A stretch of 54,051 nucleotides of DNA, taken from NCBI GenBank assembly GCA_004554395.1, contig SFMP01000083.1, positions 1 through 54,051 on the forward strand. The letters are read 5' to 3'. Below the pieces are notes generated by a model. That model had not been told where the DNA came from. It saw only the letters and a list, made by a program, of their open reading frames with translations, and searched no databases. Shown in pieces: positions 1 through 9,422 of this stretch (within the stretch, counting starts at the first letter, position 1; every line of letters begins with the position of its first letter). A program made the translations under genes and the position numbers. This DNA is from Myxococcales bacterium (lineage in GTDB: Bacteria; Myxococcota_A; Bradymonadia; UBA4248).

Positions 1-172
1 GAAAAGACGCCCGCGGGGCGGGCGTTTATGGCATGCGAGGGGGAAAAGACGCCCGCGGGGCGGGCGTTTATGGCATGCGAGGGGGAAAAGACGCCCGCGG
101 GGCGGGCGTTTATGGCATGCGAGGGGGAAAAGACGCACTCGGGGCGGGCGTTTATGGCATGCGAGGGGGAAA
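1..172. repeat. Tandem array of a 42-bp hairpin-bearing unit (repeat family A), truncated by the window edge
   Basis: Units start at 1, 43, 85 and 127, with a decaying fifth at 169. Each carries the inverted repeat ACGCCCGC-GGG-GCGGGCGT followed by TTTATGGCATGCGAGGGGGAA. Related units recur at 14366-14503. Confidence 0.9.
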
Positions 173-317
173 AGAAGTGATTACCGACGAACAGCGGGAA
201 AGAATACTGGCAATTTGCCGTCCATGGATTTATGGTGGGATTGTTCGTGAACTTGGAATTGCGAGAGACCAAGTTCGGCAGGTAGTCGTTACAAAAGCTC
301 ACCAGCGGAGGATGTAG
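159..317 (+). CDS. Small hypothetical protein with a possible helix-turn-helix
   Basis: This is the non-repeat part of ORF 33..317. ITDEQRERILAI...IVRELGIARDQVRQVV resembles a short HTH. The ATG at 159 is the last in-frame start and lies in the last repeat unit. The TAG stop abuts the next ATG. Confidence 0.3.
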   Translation: MRGGKEVITDEQRERILAICRPWIYGGIVRELGIARDQVRQVVVTKAHQRRM

Positions 318-533
318 ATGGCATCGTTTGAACCCAATGATTATCGAGTGAAGAAGGCAAATTTGGCATACAAAGATCGTGATTTGTCAGGTTATGCAAC
401 GGATGCAGAGAAGATAGAACGTTTTCAAGACGAAAACCGCCTTTTGAAATCTTTGATCATTGAATACCAAAAGGAGTTTTTGCCAGAAGCGCGTAATCTG
501 CCATTGGACGGTGGCGAGAAGCGACACGTATGA
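318..533 (+). CDS. Hypothetical 71-aa protein
   Basis: GGAGGA lies about 6 nt upstream of the ATG. There is a TAGATG junction with the upstream ORF. A coiled-coil-like segment ENRLLKSLIIEYQKEF is present. No family recognised. Confidence 0.45.
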   Translation: MASFEPNDYRVKKANLAYKDRDLSGYATDAEKIERFQDENRLLKSLIIEYQKEFLPEARNLPLDGGEKRHV

Positions 534-573
534 AGCGAGATGACGTGTTAGAGCGGTGACGGAGTTGGTGAGT

Positions 574-2130
574 ATGTATCGATTGATATTTGTGGTGTTG
601 GCGTTTTTATCGTGCGCCCAAGTTTTTGCGCATGAGCCGGAGCGTTATCCAGGGCGTGCAGTTGCATTAGAACGTGAAGCGGCGGCATATCGCCGTTGCG
701 TCGATAGTCTTTACGATGCGGCAGAAGCCGATGCGTGTACAGAATGGATCGCGTTAGCGGCATGCGAAATGACGTATAGAGAGCTCAAGTCGACGGTGTC
801 GTCGCATATTGAAGTCTCGAAGTATGCCCAATATCGCGCGGCTGCGTTGAAAGCGTTCCCTGCGTATTGCGATCCGATGACGTGGGTCAATTTGGCTCTC
901 GAAAGCCTCGATGAAGATGCCGAATTCGATGCAGTCGCCCGACAATCGTTGTGGCAGCAGATCTTGGAACGCTCGGGCTCATTGACGCCAGAGCAAAGGC
1001 TCATCGTCGCTCGCGAGTGGGTTTCGTCGCCCGATGTCGCTAGCGAGTGGGGAAAAAAGCCGTGGGCGTCGTTTGCAATCACTGCTCGCGACGATGCGAA
1101 GGGATTGTTCCCCGAGATTTCGGCTGATGGCGTGAAGTTTTTGTCGGAAGCGTTGGCGATAGAATCGTCGCGCAAGTCGATGGGCGTCGTAGACGACGGT
1201 GCAAAAGCGTTATTATTGCTCGATGCCATCGACAAACATCAATACGAGACGGCTCGAGAACTGCTGATGTCGATCGATGTCGAGGCGATTGCAGAGAATT
1301 ATCGCACGGCGATTGCTGAAAAAGTTGCACCATTTGCGCAAGCCATATTGGGCAGAATTCGCCTCGCCGATGGCGTATGTTATCGGGAGTTTGAGCTTGG
1401 CGCGAGTAGAGATAAAGCTCGGGAAAAAGACAAAAAAGACAAACAGATCGAGGGGCGTTTGCAGATGTTGGCGCTCGCTCGAGGCGATAGTCGCATCGGC
1501 GTCCTTCGCTACGAAGCCAAAGAGCGGTTCAAGCGTTGCGATTTCGATCCCGTATTTCGCCGATTTATCGATGTTTGGAATGCAAATTCGAAAGATGCTC
1601 GCGTGATAGATTTTGGCGACGAACTCGTCGAATACGTCGAAGAGGCAGGCGATGTCCAAGTCATTTTGCGCGCGCTAGATGTATTCCAATTGCAATTGCA
1701 AGGTAGTGCACGGCGAGCATTTGTCGATCGATATGGCGCGCGCTATGCGAAACGGATTGGCATATTGGCGCAGAGCGCATTTGATATTCAGAGTATTGCA
1801 AATCGCGATTCAAAGAATTCAAATCAATGGGCGAAGATATATATAGAGACACTGCTTAAAGCACTCAAGGATAGCTACGAGATTGCTCCCGATAAATCAA
1901 AACCCGAGTTGGCATTGATGATGGGACGGTTATATATATTGTTGGGGAATCGCGAGGTGGCGCGTCAATATTTATCGACGATAATCGATTCGCCAATGCA
2001 GAAGATGGCAACGTCGCGCGTCGTCGTAGATGCATACCGGATCATGTATCGCACTTTGCAAGATGATAAGAAACAGGCCGAAGCCGAGGCTTTGCGATCG
2101 CGATTCGTTGGCGTGATTGACGATATATAG
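574..2130 (+). CDS. Secreted hypothetical protein, helical repeat-like
   Basis: From ORF 556..2130. The ATG at 574 has GGAG about 9 nt upstream. MYRLIFVVLAFLSCAQVFA-HEP looks like a signal peptide. No family recognised. Confidence 0.7.
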   Translation: MYRLIFVVLAFLSCAQVFAHEPERYPGRAVALEREAAAYRRCVDSLYDAAEADACTEWIALAACEMTYRELKSTVSSHIEVSKYAQYRAAALKAFPAYCDPMTWVNLALESLDEDAEFDAVARQSLWQQILERSGSLTPEQRLIVAREWVSSPDVASEWGKKPWASFAITARDDAKGLFPEISADGVKFLSEALAIESSRKSMGVVDDGAKALLLLDAIDKHQYETARELLMSIDVEAIAENYRTAIAEKVAPFAQAILGRIRLADGVCYREFELGASRDKAREKDKKDKQIEGRLQMLALARGDSRIGVLRYEAKERFKRCDFDPVFRRFIDVWNANSKDARVIDFGDELVEYVEEAGDVQVILRALDVFQLQLQGSARRAFVDRYGARYAKRIGILAQSAFDIQSIANRDSKNSNQWAKIYIETLLKALKDSYEIAPDKSKPELALMMGRLYILLGNREVARQYLSTIIDSPMQKMATSRVVVDAYRIMYRTLQDDKKQAEAEALRSRFVGVIDDI

Positions 2131-2398
2131 AAATGTTCGTGTGAGCGTTTGGCTTGATATATGAATGATTGCAAACGCAAGAGAATGAAATAATCGTTTT
2201 GAGAATATATTGCTATGAGAAAATAATTGTGTTATGTAATTGTATTAAGTCGCATAAATAGAATGAATGGTGCAAAATGATAGCTGCGCGACGGGGGTGT
2301 GATGTAATGGTGTAATAATATAATTGTATAGTTGTGTAATGGAGTAGTGATATAACGAAATGAGAATTATGGAAGCGATGTTTTAATAAAATATAATT

Positions 2399-2447
2399 GT
2401 TCTGCCTCGATGGTGTCGAAGATGAAGAACCGAGGCAGAAGTTTTAT
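2399..2447. terminator. Hairpin between convergent genes (possible bidirectional terminator)
   Basis: A 10-bp stem TTCTGCCTCG/CGAGGCAGAA has a 21-nt loop and is followed by GTTTTAT. AT-rich T-tracts lie on the other side. Confidence 0.4.
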
Positions 2448-2450
2448 GCA

Positions 2451-4232
2451 TTAGAGTTCGAAACCGAGCATTTGATCGATTTGGCCTTGTCGAGATTTGA
2501 GTCGTTTGACGATGTCGTTTTCGGTTTCGGATGTATCGGTGAGATCGTCGTAATAATCGAGGCATGTTCGAATAATGCCGTCTTGGATGGGGGTTGCCCC
2601 GCAAATCGTCTTCATGGTGTCGCGGGCGGAATCGTCGTTCGACGATTTATCGATTTGAACGAAGCGAGCGAATGTCGCCATGATGCGGCGTTCGAATGGG
2701 GCTTGTATTTTGAGCCATTGGCGCAAGTCGGGGCGTAGTTTAGGTTGGTGGCGATAGAGTGCCTCGGCGATGCTCGCGATGAGGTCGAGTTTGGGTTCGT
2801 CTTCGCTCTGGATTTGTGCCATCATGGCGACGGTGAGCTTTTGTGGCGAATGGGCGACGATATCGTCGAGGACTTGTCGCCGGAGCGATTCTGCACGCGT
2901 GGCGTCGAGTAGAATCGCTTCTTGCAGGGCATAGCGAGCTTGGGCATCGGCGACATCGGCGGCAATCGCCGAATAGAGCATCGTTTGTGTTTCGGGCCAC
3001 AATTCTTTGTCGAATGCATTGCGCAATACCGAGGCATCGAATGCATTGGGATCGCGTGCGATATGCGTTGCTGCGGCGAGCCGGAGCGTTTCATCGCCTT
3101 TAGATAGGGCTTCGACGAGGCGTTTGTTTTGCGCTTGTCTATCGGGGTCGAGCGTGGCTAGGGCTTTGAGTGCAAAACTCTTTTCGGTCGTATTTTTTGC
3201 ATCGTCGAACGACTTTTTGACGATGTCGAGGACTTGTGAATCGCCTTTGAAGAAGAGGGCATAGAGATCGAGCGCGACGATGCGTCGAGATGGGAGTGTC
3301 GATGCGTGGAATGCATCGGCGGTCGAACGAATCAGGGCAATATCGTCGGCATTGGGAGCGGATGTAGACGATGGGGCAATGTCGTGGTTTTGGCATTGGA
3401 CGATAGCCCGAGCGATGCGGAGTTTCGATATTTCGTTTTGAGCTTTGCGCAAGGCATCGATGTTGGCGCGCGTACAGAGCGGATTTTGCAAGCCAAACCC
3501 AGACAAGCCGCCGAGCTCGGCAATGGGATAATTGGCGCGCAATTGTGCCCAAATGTCCATGGCTTGGTGGGGCTTGAGCGATAAAAAGTCGTCGAGGTAT
3601 CGCAACATTTGTGGCGGATTGCCGTCGTTTTGTTTCATCCATCCGACGAGTACGATGGCATAGGCATCGGGATATTTGGCGAGCCATCTGGCGTAGCTAT
3701 CTTGAATGTTGGGATCGTGGGATTTAAGGGCTAGTGCCACGATGCGAGGCCCAGCGATGGGGGCAGGCATTGCCATGAGAATGTCCTTGAGGATGAGATT
3801 TTTCGAATGATCGATCGTCGTGTTTTTGATCCATTCGTCGATGGCCGCGAGGTTTTGTTCGGACGACTCGGGATCGAGTAGCGTTTTGGCGAAAGATGCC
3901 CGTTTGGGAGGTGGTGCCGATAGTGCTTGATCTAGGAGATCTTGGGCAGGCGATGGCGCAGATTCAGAAAGAGGAATGTTCGATGTTTGGGGGGGAGCGC
4001 TCGAGTTTTGAACGGCATCGCTCGAGTTTTGAACGGCATCGCCCGTGTTTTTGGCGGCATCGCTCGCGGATTGAGCAGGATTCGGGTTCTCTGCCGCGGA
4101 GGATGGGGGGGGCTGATTTGTCGAGTCATCGGGGGCAGAAGTGCCTTCGACGGGGGAAGCATAGAGTGGTGAAGCAGCCAATAGGGCGAGGGAAAGAGAT
4201 GCAATGGTGCGAAAAATGAGGCGGATAGACAT
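2451..4232 (-). CDS. Secreted hypothetical protein with a Pro/Ser-rich repetitive N-terminus
   Basis: From ORF 2451..4253. The ATG at 4232 gives MSIRLIFRTIASLSLALLAASPLYA, which is signal-like. The protein has a DAVQNSS tandem repeat and a long helical (HEAT-like) body. No family recognised. Confidence 0.7.
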   Translation of the reverse strand: MSIRLIFRTIASLSLALLAASPLYASPVEGTSAPDDSTNQPPPSSAAENPNPAQSASDAAKNTGDAVQNSSDAVQNSSAPPQTSNIPLSESAPSPAQDLLDQALSAPPPKRASFAKTLLDPESSEQNLAAIDEWIKNTTIDHSKNLILKDILMAMPAPIAGPRIVALALKSHDPNIQDSYARWLAKYPDAYAIVLVGWMKQNDGNPPQMLRYLDDFLSLKPHQAMDIWAQLRANYPIAELGGLSGFGLQNPLCTRANIDALRKAQNEISKLRIARAIVQCQNHDIAPSSTSAPNADDIALIRSTADAFHASTLPSRRIVALDLYALFFKGDSQVLDIVKKSFDDAKNTTEKSFALKALATLDPDRQAQNKRLVEALSKGDETLRLAAATHIARDPNAFDASVLRNAFDKELWPETQTMLYSAIAADVADAQARYALQEAILLDATRAESLRRQVLDDIVAHSPQKLTVAMMAQIQSEDEPKLDLIASIAEALYRHQPKLRPDLRQWLKIQAPFERRIMATFARFVQIDKSSNDDSARDTMKTICGATPIQDGIIRTCLDYYDDLTDTSETENDIVKRLKSRQGQIDQMLGFEL

Positions 4233-4408
4233 GGAAACCTTTAGAAAAAGCAATCAAAGAGCGTGGCGGGCGGGATGTTGCGAAGAAGCCCCAGCTTGCA
4301 ATAGCACGAAAAAGGGCACGACGGGATCGCGAAGAACGCGATAGAATCATTGTATATAGATGGTGGGGGAGTGTGGCTAAAAGAAAATTCAAAAGCGAAA
4401 ATAAAAAC

Positions 4409-4437
4409 TTGACGCCAAAAAATAAAGTGCGTAAAAG
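4409..4437 (+). promoter_or_regulatory. Candidate sigma-70 promoter of the tRNA-tuf operon
   Basis: TTGACG (4409-4414), a 17-nt spacer, then TAAAAG (4432-4437). An A-rich UP-like tract lies upstream. The site is about 60 nt upstream of the first tRNA. Confidence 0.4.
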
Positions 4438-4495
4438 GCGCACCTGTTGCCAGCCGTGACAAACGGCGGTGACGCATGAAAGCGTGAAAGCGTAG

Positions 4496-4568
4496 GCTGA
4501 TGTGGCTCAATTGGCAGAGCACCTGATTTGTAATCAGGGGGTTGGGGGTTCGATTCCCTCCATCAGCA
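4496..4568 (+). tRNA. tRNA-Thr (anticodon UGU)
   Basis: Acceptor stem GCTGATG/CATCAGC, anticodon loop TTTGTAA, T-loop GGTTCGATTCC. Confidence 0.9.
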
Positions 4569-4578
4569 TGCGATATAT

Positions 4579-4660
4579 GGAGAGGTACCTAAGCGGTCAA
4601 CAGGGGCGGACTGTAAATCCGTTGGCTAAGCCTTCGTTGGTTCGAATCCAGCCCTCTCCA
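4579..4660 (+). tRNA. tRNA-Tyr (anticodon GUA)
   Basis: Acceptor stem GGAGAGG/CCTCTCC, anticodon loop CTGTAAA, long variable arm, T-loop GGTTCGAATCC. Confidence 0.9.
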
Positions 4661-4664
4661 CTCT

Positions 4665-4737
4665 GCGGGTGTAGCTCAGTTGGTAGAGCAATAGCCTTCC
4701 AAGCTATGGGTCGCGAGTTCGAACCTCGTCGCCCGCT
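4665..4737 (+). tRNA. tRNA-Gly (anticodon UCC)
   Basis: Acceptor stem GCGGGTG/CGCCCGC, anticodon loop CTTCCAA, T-loop AGTTCGAAC. Confidence 0.9.
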
Positions 4738-4748
4738 TTTTTGAGTAT

Positions 4749-4821
4749 GCTTGTGTAGCTCAGCAGGTAGAGTACTTCCTTGGTAAGGAAGGGGTCACCG
4801 GTTCAAATCCGGTCACAAGCT
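4749..4821 (+). tRNA. tRNA-Thr (anticodon GGU)
   Basis: Acceptor stem GCTTGTG/CACAAGC, anticodon loop TTGGTAA, T-loop GGTTCAAATCC. Confidence 0.9.
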
Positions 4822-4909
4822 TATTTTTTGAGTGCGCCTCGGATTGAGGCAATTTTGTCTGGTGCCGAAGTGGCACATTTCTTTCCCCATTAATTGGAGG
4901 CGGGCTGCT

Positions 4910-6106
4910 ATGGCCAAGGAAACATTTCAACGCTCTAAGCCACACGTAAACATTGGTACGATTGGTCACGTTGACCACGGTAAGACGACCTTGACGGCCG
5001 CCATTACGACCGTTCTTGCGAAGTACGATCCGAGCATCACGGTTATGAAGTTCGATGAGATCGACAAGGCTCCCGAAGAAAAAGAACGTGGTATTACGAT
5101 TGCGACGGCACACGTCGAATATCAAACGGCGAATCGCCACTATGCGCACGTTGACTGCCCGGGCCACGCCGACTACATCAAAAACATGATCACCGGTGCT
5201 GCCCAGATGGACGGCGCGATCCTCGTCGTCAGTGCTGCTGACGGCCCGATGCCCCAAACGCGCGAGCACATCCTCCTCGCTCGTCAGGTTGGCGTCCCCT
5301 ACATCATCGTTTATTTGAACAAAGCCGACTTGGTCGACGATGCAGAATTGCTCGAATTGGTTGAAATGGAAGTTCGCGAACTCCTTTCGAGCTATGAATT
5401 CCCTGGCGACGACACACCCGTCATCGTTGGTTCCGCTCTCCAGGCTTTGGAAGGCGTCGAAAGCGAATACGGTGTCAAATCGATCGATCGCTTGATGGAA
5501 GCCGTCGACACGTACATCCCCACGCCGGAACGTCCTATCGACAAGCCCTTCTTGATGCCGGTCGAAGACGTCTTCTCGATTTCTGGTCGTGGTACGGTTG
5601 CCACGGGTCGCGTCGAACTCGGTCAAATCCGCGTCAACGATGCCGTCGATATCGTCGGTATGAAAGATTCGATCGACAAGACGGTTGTCACGGGCGTCGA
5701 AATGTTCCGCAAATTGTTGGAATACGGTGAAGCTGGCGACAACATCGGTTGCTTGCTCCGCGGCACGAAGAAAGACGAAATCCGTCGTGGTCAAGTTTTG
5801 GCCAAACCGGGTTCGATTCACCCGCACAAATCGTTTAAAGGCCAAGTTTACGTCCTTTCGAAAGAAGAAGGTGGCCGTCACACATTCTTCCGTAACGGTT
5901 ATCGTCCTCAGTTCTACTTCCGCACGACCGACGTCACGGGCGTCGTCACGTTGGATGGCATCGAAATGGTCATGCCTGGCGACAACGTCATGTTGAAAGT
6001 TGACCTCATCGAACCGATCGCCATGGACGAAGGTTTGCGCTTCTCCATCCGCGAAGGTGGTCGTACGGTCGGCGCTGGCGTCGTTTCCGAAATTCTCGAC
6101 AAGTAA
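4910..6106 (+). CDS. tuf: Elongation factor Tu
   Basis: [36 protein letters not shown] and NKADLV motifs. GGAGG lies upstream of the ATG at 4910. ORF 4832..6106 is an upstream over-extension. Confidence 0.97.
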   Translation: MAKETFQRSKPHVNIGTIGHVDHGKTTLTAAITTVLAKYDPSITVMKFDEIDKAPEEKERGITIATAHVEYQTANRHYAHVDCPGHADYIKNMITGAAQMDGAILVVSAADGPMPQTREHILLARQVGVPYIIVYLNKADLVDDAELLELVEMEVRELLSSYEFPGDDTPVIVGSALQALEGVESEYGVKSIDRLMEAVDTYIPTPERPIDKPFLMPVEDVFSISGRGTVATGRVELGQIRVNDAVDIVGMKDSIDKTVVTGVEMFRKLLEYGEAGDNIGCLLRGTKKDEIRRGQVLAKPGSIHPHKSFKGQVYVLSKEEGGRHTFFRNGYRPQFYFRTTDVTGVVTLDGIEMVMPGDNVMLKVDLIEPIAMDEGLRFSIREGGRTVGAGVVSEILDK

Positions 6107-6149
6107 TTTGTCTTGACAGATTCTGCACGGCGCGAGCCGTGCAGGGTTT

Positions 6150-6223
6150 AGGGGCGTAGCTCAGTTTGGTAGAGCAACGGACTCCAAATCCGTGGGCCGA
6201 GGGTTCGAGTCCTTCCACCCCTG
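6150..6223 (+). tRNA. tRNA-Trp (anticodon CCA)
   Basis: AGGGGCGTAGCTCAGTTTGGTAGAGC..., anticodon loop CTCCAAA, T-loop GGTTCGAGTCC. It sits in the classic position between tuf and secE. There is one C-A mismatch in the acceptor stem. Confidence 0.85.
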
Positions 6224-6229
6224 TCGAAC

Positions 6230-6265
6230 AAAGCCTTTTGTCGTGCGACAAAAGGCTTTTTTTTA
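6230..6265 (+). terminator. Rho-independent terminator after tRNA-Trp
   Basis: A 14-bp stem AAAGCCTTTTGTCG/CGACAAAAGGCTTT is followed by a T-run. Confidence 0.8.
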
Positions 6266-6287
6266 TGCAGTAATTGGGTCAATCATT

Positions 6288-6674
6288 ATGAATGAAGTCA
6301 AACGCTATGTCAATTTGGCGTTCGTCATCGCAGCCATGGTCATGTTCTGGTTCTTCATGAAGTTCTCGGAACTCGTGTTGAGCCTCGTACAAGTCAACGA
6401 CTTGCGGCTCATGGGCGAGCACGTGACGATATCGACGGTCATCGGTGGTGTCGTGGCCGTCATCGTGGCGTTTTTGATGTGGCGCAGCCCGAAGATCTAC
6501 GAGGGTTCGCTCAACGTCGCTCGCGAGATGAAAAAAGTCACTTGGCCGACGAAACCCGAGACAGTCTATGCCATGAAAGTCGTCGTAGCGACGAGCATCA
6601 TCGTGGCGCTCATCTTATTCGGATTCGACTTCGTCGCCAAACAAGTCACCGAGCTCATCTTAGGCATCCGATAA
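6288..6674 (+). CDS. secE: Preprotein translocase subunit SecE
   Basis: The ATG at 6288 lies within ORF 6192..6674. The C-terminal motif EMKKVTWPTKPETVYAMKVVVATSIIVALILFGFD is typical of SecE. Three hydrophobic segments. Position before nusG is conserved synteny. Confidence 0.85.
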   Translation: MNEVKRYVNLAFVIAAMVMFWFFMKFSELVLSLVQVNDLRLMGEHVTISTVIGGVVAVIVAFLMWRSPKIYEGSLNVAREMKKVTWPTKPETVYAMKVVVATSIIVALILFGFDFVAKQVTELILGIR

Positions 6675-6781
6675 AGCGCGAGCCATCGCGATATCTTTAG
6701 AATGAAATCATAGACCAAGGTGCGTGATTCGCCGATAGGGCAGGAATTGTGCATTTTTTGTGCGATTTTTGTGGATTATCG

Positions 6782-6810
6782 TTGACGAATATGCGTCGAG
6801 GCATTAAATA
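6782..6810 (+). promoter_or_regulatory. Candidate sigma-70 promoter upstream of nusG
   Basis: TTGACG (6782-6787), a 17-nt spacer, then TAAATA (6805-6810). Confidence 0.4.
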
Positions 6811-6894
6811 GCGAGCGCTTTTTTTTGAGCACGGGTGCAGAGGCATCGGTGCGACGGAAAGGAGCGTGGAATCGCAGAGAGTAAAGAGGCGTTT

Positions 6895-7452
6895 ATGGGA
6901 ATGAAATGGTACATCGTCAATACGGCATCGGGTTGCGAAAATCGCGCGAAGTTGTCGCTAGAGGAGCGGATCAGCAATTCGAATCTCAAAGACATGTTTG
7001 GCGAGGTTTTGGTTCCCGTAGAAACGACGATAGAGACGAAGAAGAATGGCGAGAAGCGCCATTCGACGCGCAAATTTTTCCCGGGTTATATGCTCGTTCA
7101 AATGGAACTCAACGATGAGACTTGGCACTTAGTCAAGGGGACGCCGAAGATCAGCGGCTTCGTCGGAGGGACGACCGAGCCACCGTCGATGAGCGACGAA
7201 GACGTGGCACGGATCATCGGGAAGATGAATACGAGCATCGAGAAACGCGATTTGTCGTCATCTCTCAGCATCAAAGATACCGTTCGCATTTTGAACGGTT
7301 CGTTTATGAGCTTTACGGGCACGGTCGAGTCGATCGATAAAGAGAAATCGCGTGTCTGTGTTGCAGTAAGCATATTGGGTCGCGTTGTTCCGGTTGAGCT
7401 CGACTTTTCAGAGGTTGAAAAGGTTGCAGTCGACGACAAGAATAACGCTTAA
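6895..7452 (+). CDS. nusG: Transcription termination/antitermination factor NusG
   Basis: [19 protein letters not shown]..., a KOW-like C-terminus and FPGYMLVQM. The start is 6895 or 6901. ORF 6835..7452 is over-extended. Confidence 0.92.
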   Translation: MGMKWYIVNTASGCENRAKLSLEERISNSNLKDMFGEVLVPVETTIETKKNGEKRHSTRKFFPGYMLVQMELNDETWHLVKGTPKISGFVGGTTEPPSMSDEDVARIIGKMNTSIEKRDLSSSLSIKDTVRILNGSFMSFTGTVESIDKEKSRVCVAVSILGRVVPVELDFSEVEKVAVDDKNNA

Positions 7453-7469
7453 TCAATTGGATAGAGGAC

Positions 7470-7895
7470 ATGGCCAAGAAAATTGTAGGTTACGTGAAAT
7501 TGCAGTGTCCCGCAGGGAAGGCGAATCCTTCGCCTCCTGTAGGTCCGGCATTAGGTCAGCACGGTGTCAACATCATGGAATTCTGCAAGCAATTCAATGC
7601 TAAAACGCAGAAAGGTGATGGGATTCTGACGCCAGTTGTGATCACGGTCTATGCCGATCACAGCTTTAGTTTTGTGGTGAAGACGCCTCCCGCAGCAGTT
7701 CTCATTATGAAAGAACTCGGCTTGAAAGGTGGTAGTGGCGTTCCCAACCGCGAGAAAGTTGGCAAGATTACGAAAGAACAAGTCCGGAAGATTGCGGAAA
7801 CGAAACTTCCCGATTTGAATACAGACAACATCGAATCAGCGATGCGCACCGTAGCCGGTACATGCCGTAGCATGGGCGTCGATATCGTCGATTAA
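7470..7895 (+). CDS. rplK: 50S ribosomal protein L11
   Basis: [43 protein letters not shown]. Confidence 0.97.
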   Translation: MAKKIVGYVKLQCPAGKANPSPPVGPALGQHGVNIMEFCKQFNAKTQKGDGILTPVVITVYADHSFSFVVKTPPAAVLIMKELGLKGGSGVPNREKVGKITKEQVRKIAETKLPDLNTDNIESAMRTVAGTCRSMGVDIVD

Positions 7896-7909
7896 GAAGG
7901 AGCATAACG

Positions 7910-8602
7910 ATGCCAACTAGAGGTAAGAAGTACAGAGACTCAATTAAGTTAGTCGATAGGCAGAAGCGTTACGACAACATCCAAGAAGCGATGGCTCTCG
8001 TCAAGTCGATGACGACGACGAAATTCGATGCGAGCGTGGATGTGGCTGTTCGACTCGGCGTCGATCCGCGTCATGCGGATCAGATGGTCCGTGGCGCGGT
8101 TGTACTGCCCCATGGTCTTGGTAAAACCGTTCGCGTCGTCGTTTTCGCCTCGGGCGAAAAAGAAAAAGAAGCGCGCGAAGCAGGAGCCGATTTCGTGGGT
8201 GCGGACGACCTCGTTCAGAAAATCAGCGAAGGGTGGTTTGAGTTCGATAAAGTCATTGCAACCCCCGATATGATGGGTAAAGTCGGCCGTCTCGGTCGCG
8301 TACTTGGCCCGCGCGGATTGATGCCGAACCCCAAAGTCGGAACGGTGACGACAGACGTCGCTCGTGCCATCCAAGAGACAAAAGCTGGTCGCGTTGAATT
8401 CCGCGTCGAACGCGCGGGTATCATTCACGCCCCCATCGGCCGCGCCTCTTTCGATGCCGATAAACTCGCCGATAACTTTAATGCCCTTCTCGAAGTCCTC
8501 GTCAAGCTCAAACCAGCGACGACGAAAGGAACGTATGTCAAGAGCGTGACGGTCAGCTCGACGATGAGCCCCGGCGTAAAAATCGACCCAACGAAATTTT
8601 AA
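7910..8602 (+). CDS. rplA: 50S ribosomal protein L1
   Basis: [11 protein letters not shown]...[28 protein letters not shown], at the conserved position after rplK. Confidence 0.97.
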   Translation: MPTRGKKYRDSIKLVDRQKRYDNIQEAMALVKSMTTTKFDASVDVAVRLGVDPRHADQMVRGAVVLPHGLGKTVRVVVFASGEKEKEAREAGADFVGADDLVQKISEGWFEFDKVIATPDMMGKVGRLGRVLGPRGLMPNPKVGTVTTDVARAIQETKAGRVEFRVERAGIIHAPIGRASFDADKLADNFNALLEVLVKLKPATTKGTYVKSVTVSSTMSPGVKIDPTKF

Positions 8603-8823
8603 TTCTTGACAAGTCTCTTCGGGCGAGCTATATGCCGCCCGATTTTTGACGGCCATCGGGACCGTCGGAGAAGCAGGTAGCGCGTCTTTAATGAATCTTC
8701 GCCTGCGGAGCCGGAACGATGGAGCAGATACTTTGTTCGTCTTTGCTCTGAATTCAAGCGCCTCCGATCATCCTTTTTGATGCGTCGTTGCCAACCGTTT
8801 GTTTGTATCATTTCAGAGGAATT
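8603..8823 (+). promoter_or_regulatory. rplJ 5' leader region (possible L10-leader autoregulatory element)
   Basis: A 221-nt untranslated gap between rplA and rplJ. This is where the L10(L12)4-binding leader lies in many bacteria. The assignment is by position only; the structure was not verified. Confidence 0.3.
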
Positions 8824-9318
8824 ATGAACAGAAATGAAAAAGAAGCCGCAGTAGCTGCGTATAAACAGCTCTTCGACGGCATCGATTCTGTCGTGCTAGC
8901 CGATACGAGCTCCGTTTCGGTCAATACGATCAATGAAGTTCGCTCGAAATTCCGTGCTGAAGGCGTGACGTTCCGCGTCATCAAAAATTCGCTTGCGAAG
9001 AAAGCCCTCATCGGTACGGTTCTCGAGCCCGTTTGCGAAAAATTCCATGGTCCCGTCGCCGTCGCACTCAAACTCGACGACCCCATCGCTCCGGCTCGCG
9101 TTGCCGTCGATTTCGCCAAAACGAATCCGAACTTCGTCATCACGGGCGGCTTCGTCGCCGGTGAAGTCGTCGATGCCGCTGGCGTCGATCGCTTGTCGAA
9201 GATGAAAAATCGCGACGAATCTCGCTCGGAATTGCTCTCGTTGTTCAAAGCTTCTGCGACAAAATTCGCTGCACTCATCAAAGCGAAAGCAGAAAAAATG
9301 GAAGAAGCCCAAGCTTAA
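8824..9318 (+). CDS. rplJ: 50S ribosomal protein L10
   Basis: The ATG at 8824 has AGAGGA upstream. MNRNEKEAAVAAYKQLF...VTFRVIKNSLAKKA. ORF 8788..9318 is over-extended. Confidence 0.93.
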   Translation: MNRNEKEAAVAAYKQLFDGIDSVVLADTSSVSVNTINEVRSKFRAEGVTFRVIKNSLAKKALIGTVLEPVCEKFHGPVAVALKLDDPIAPARVAVDFAKTNPNFVITGGFVAGEVVDAAGVDRLSKMKNRDESRSELLSLFKASATKFAALIKAKAEKMEEAQA

Positions 9319-9422
9319 TTTACTCTGCTCCGACGAGCAGATTTCTCATTCATTTACTTTTCGATGCGCCACGCGCGCAAGAACGATTCACAATCCCGCT
9401 ATAGGGGAATGGAGTTATCATT

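Noticed and set aside
33-158. The N-terminal MRGGKDARGAGVYG x3 part of ORF 33..317 as coding sequence
   Set aside because: It is the translation of the family A hairpin repeat. The same DNA family is clearly non-coding at 14366-14503.
4760-5881. A 373-aa ORF antisense to tuf, and similar long antisense or out-of-frame ORFs (12249..14096, 14863..15540, 16320..17231, 18552..19316, 19063..19878, 43255..43920, 47161..48258)
   Set aside because: Each overlaps a gene with unmistakable conserved motifs on the other strand or frame. Their translations are low-complexity Arg/Ser/Pro-rich, typical of shadow ORFs in mid/high-GC DNA.
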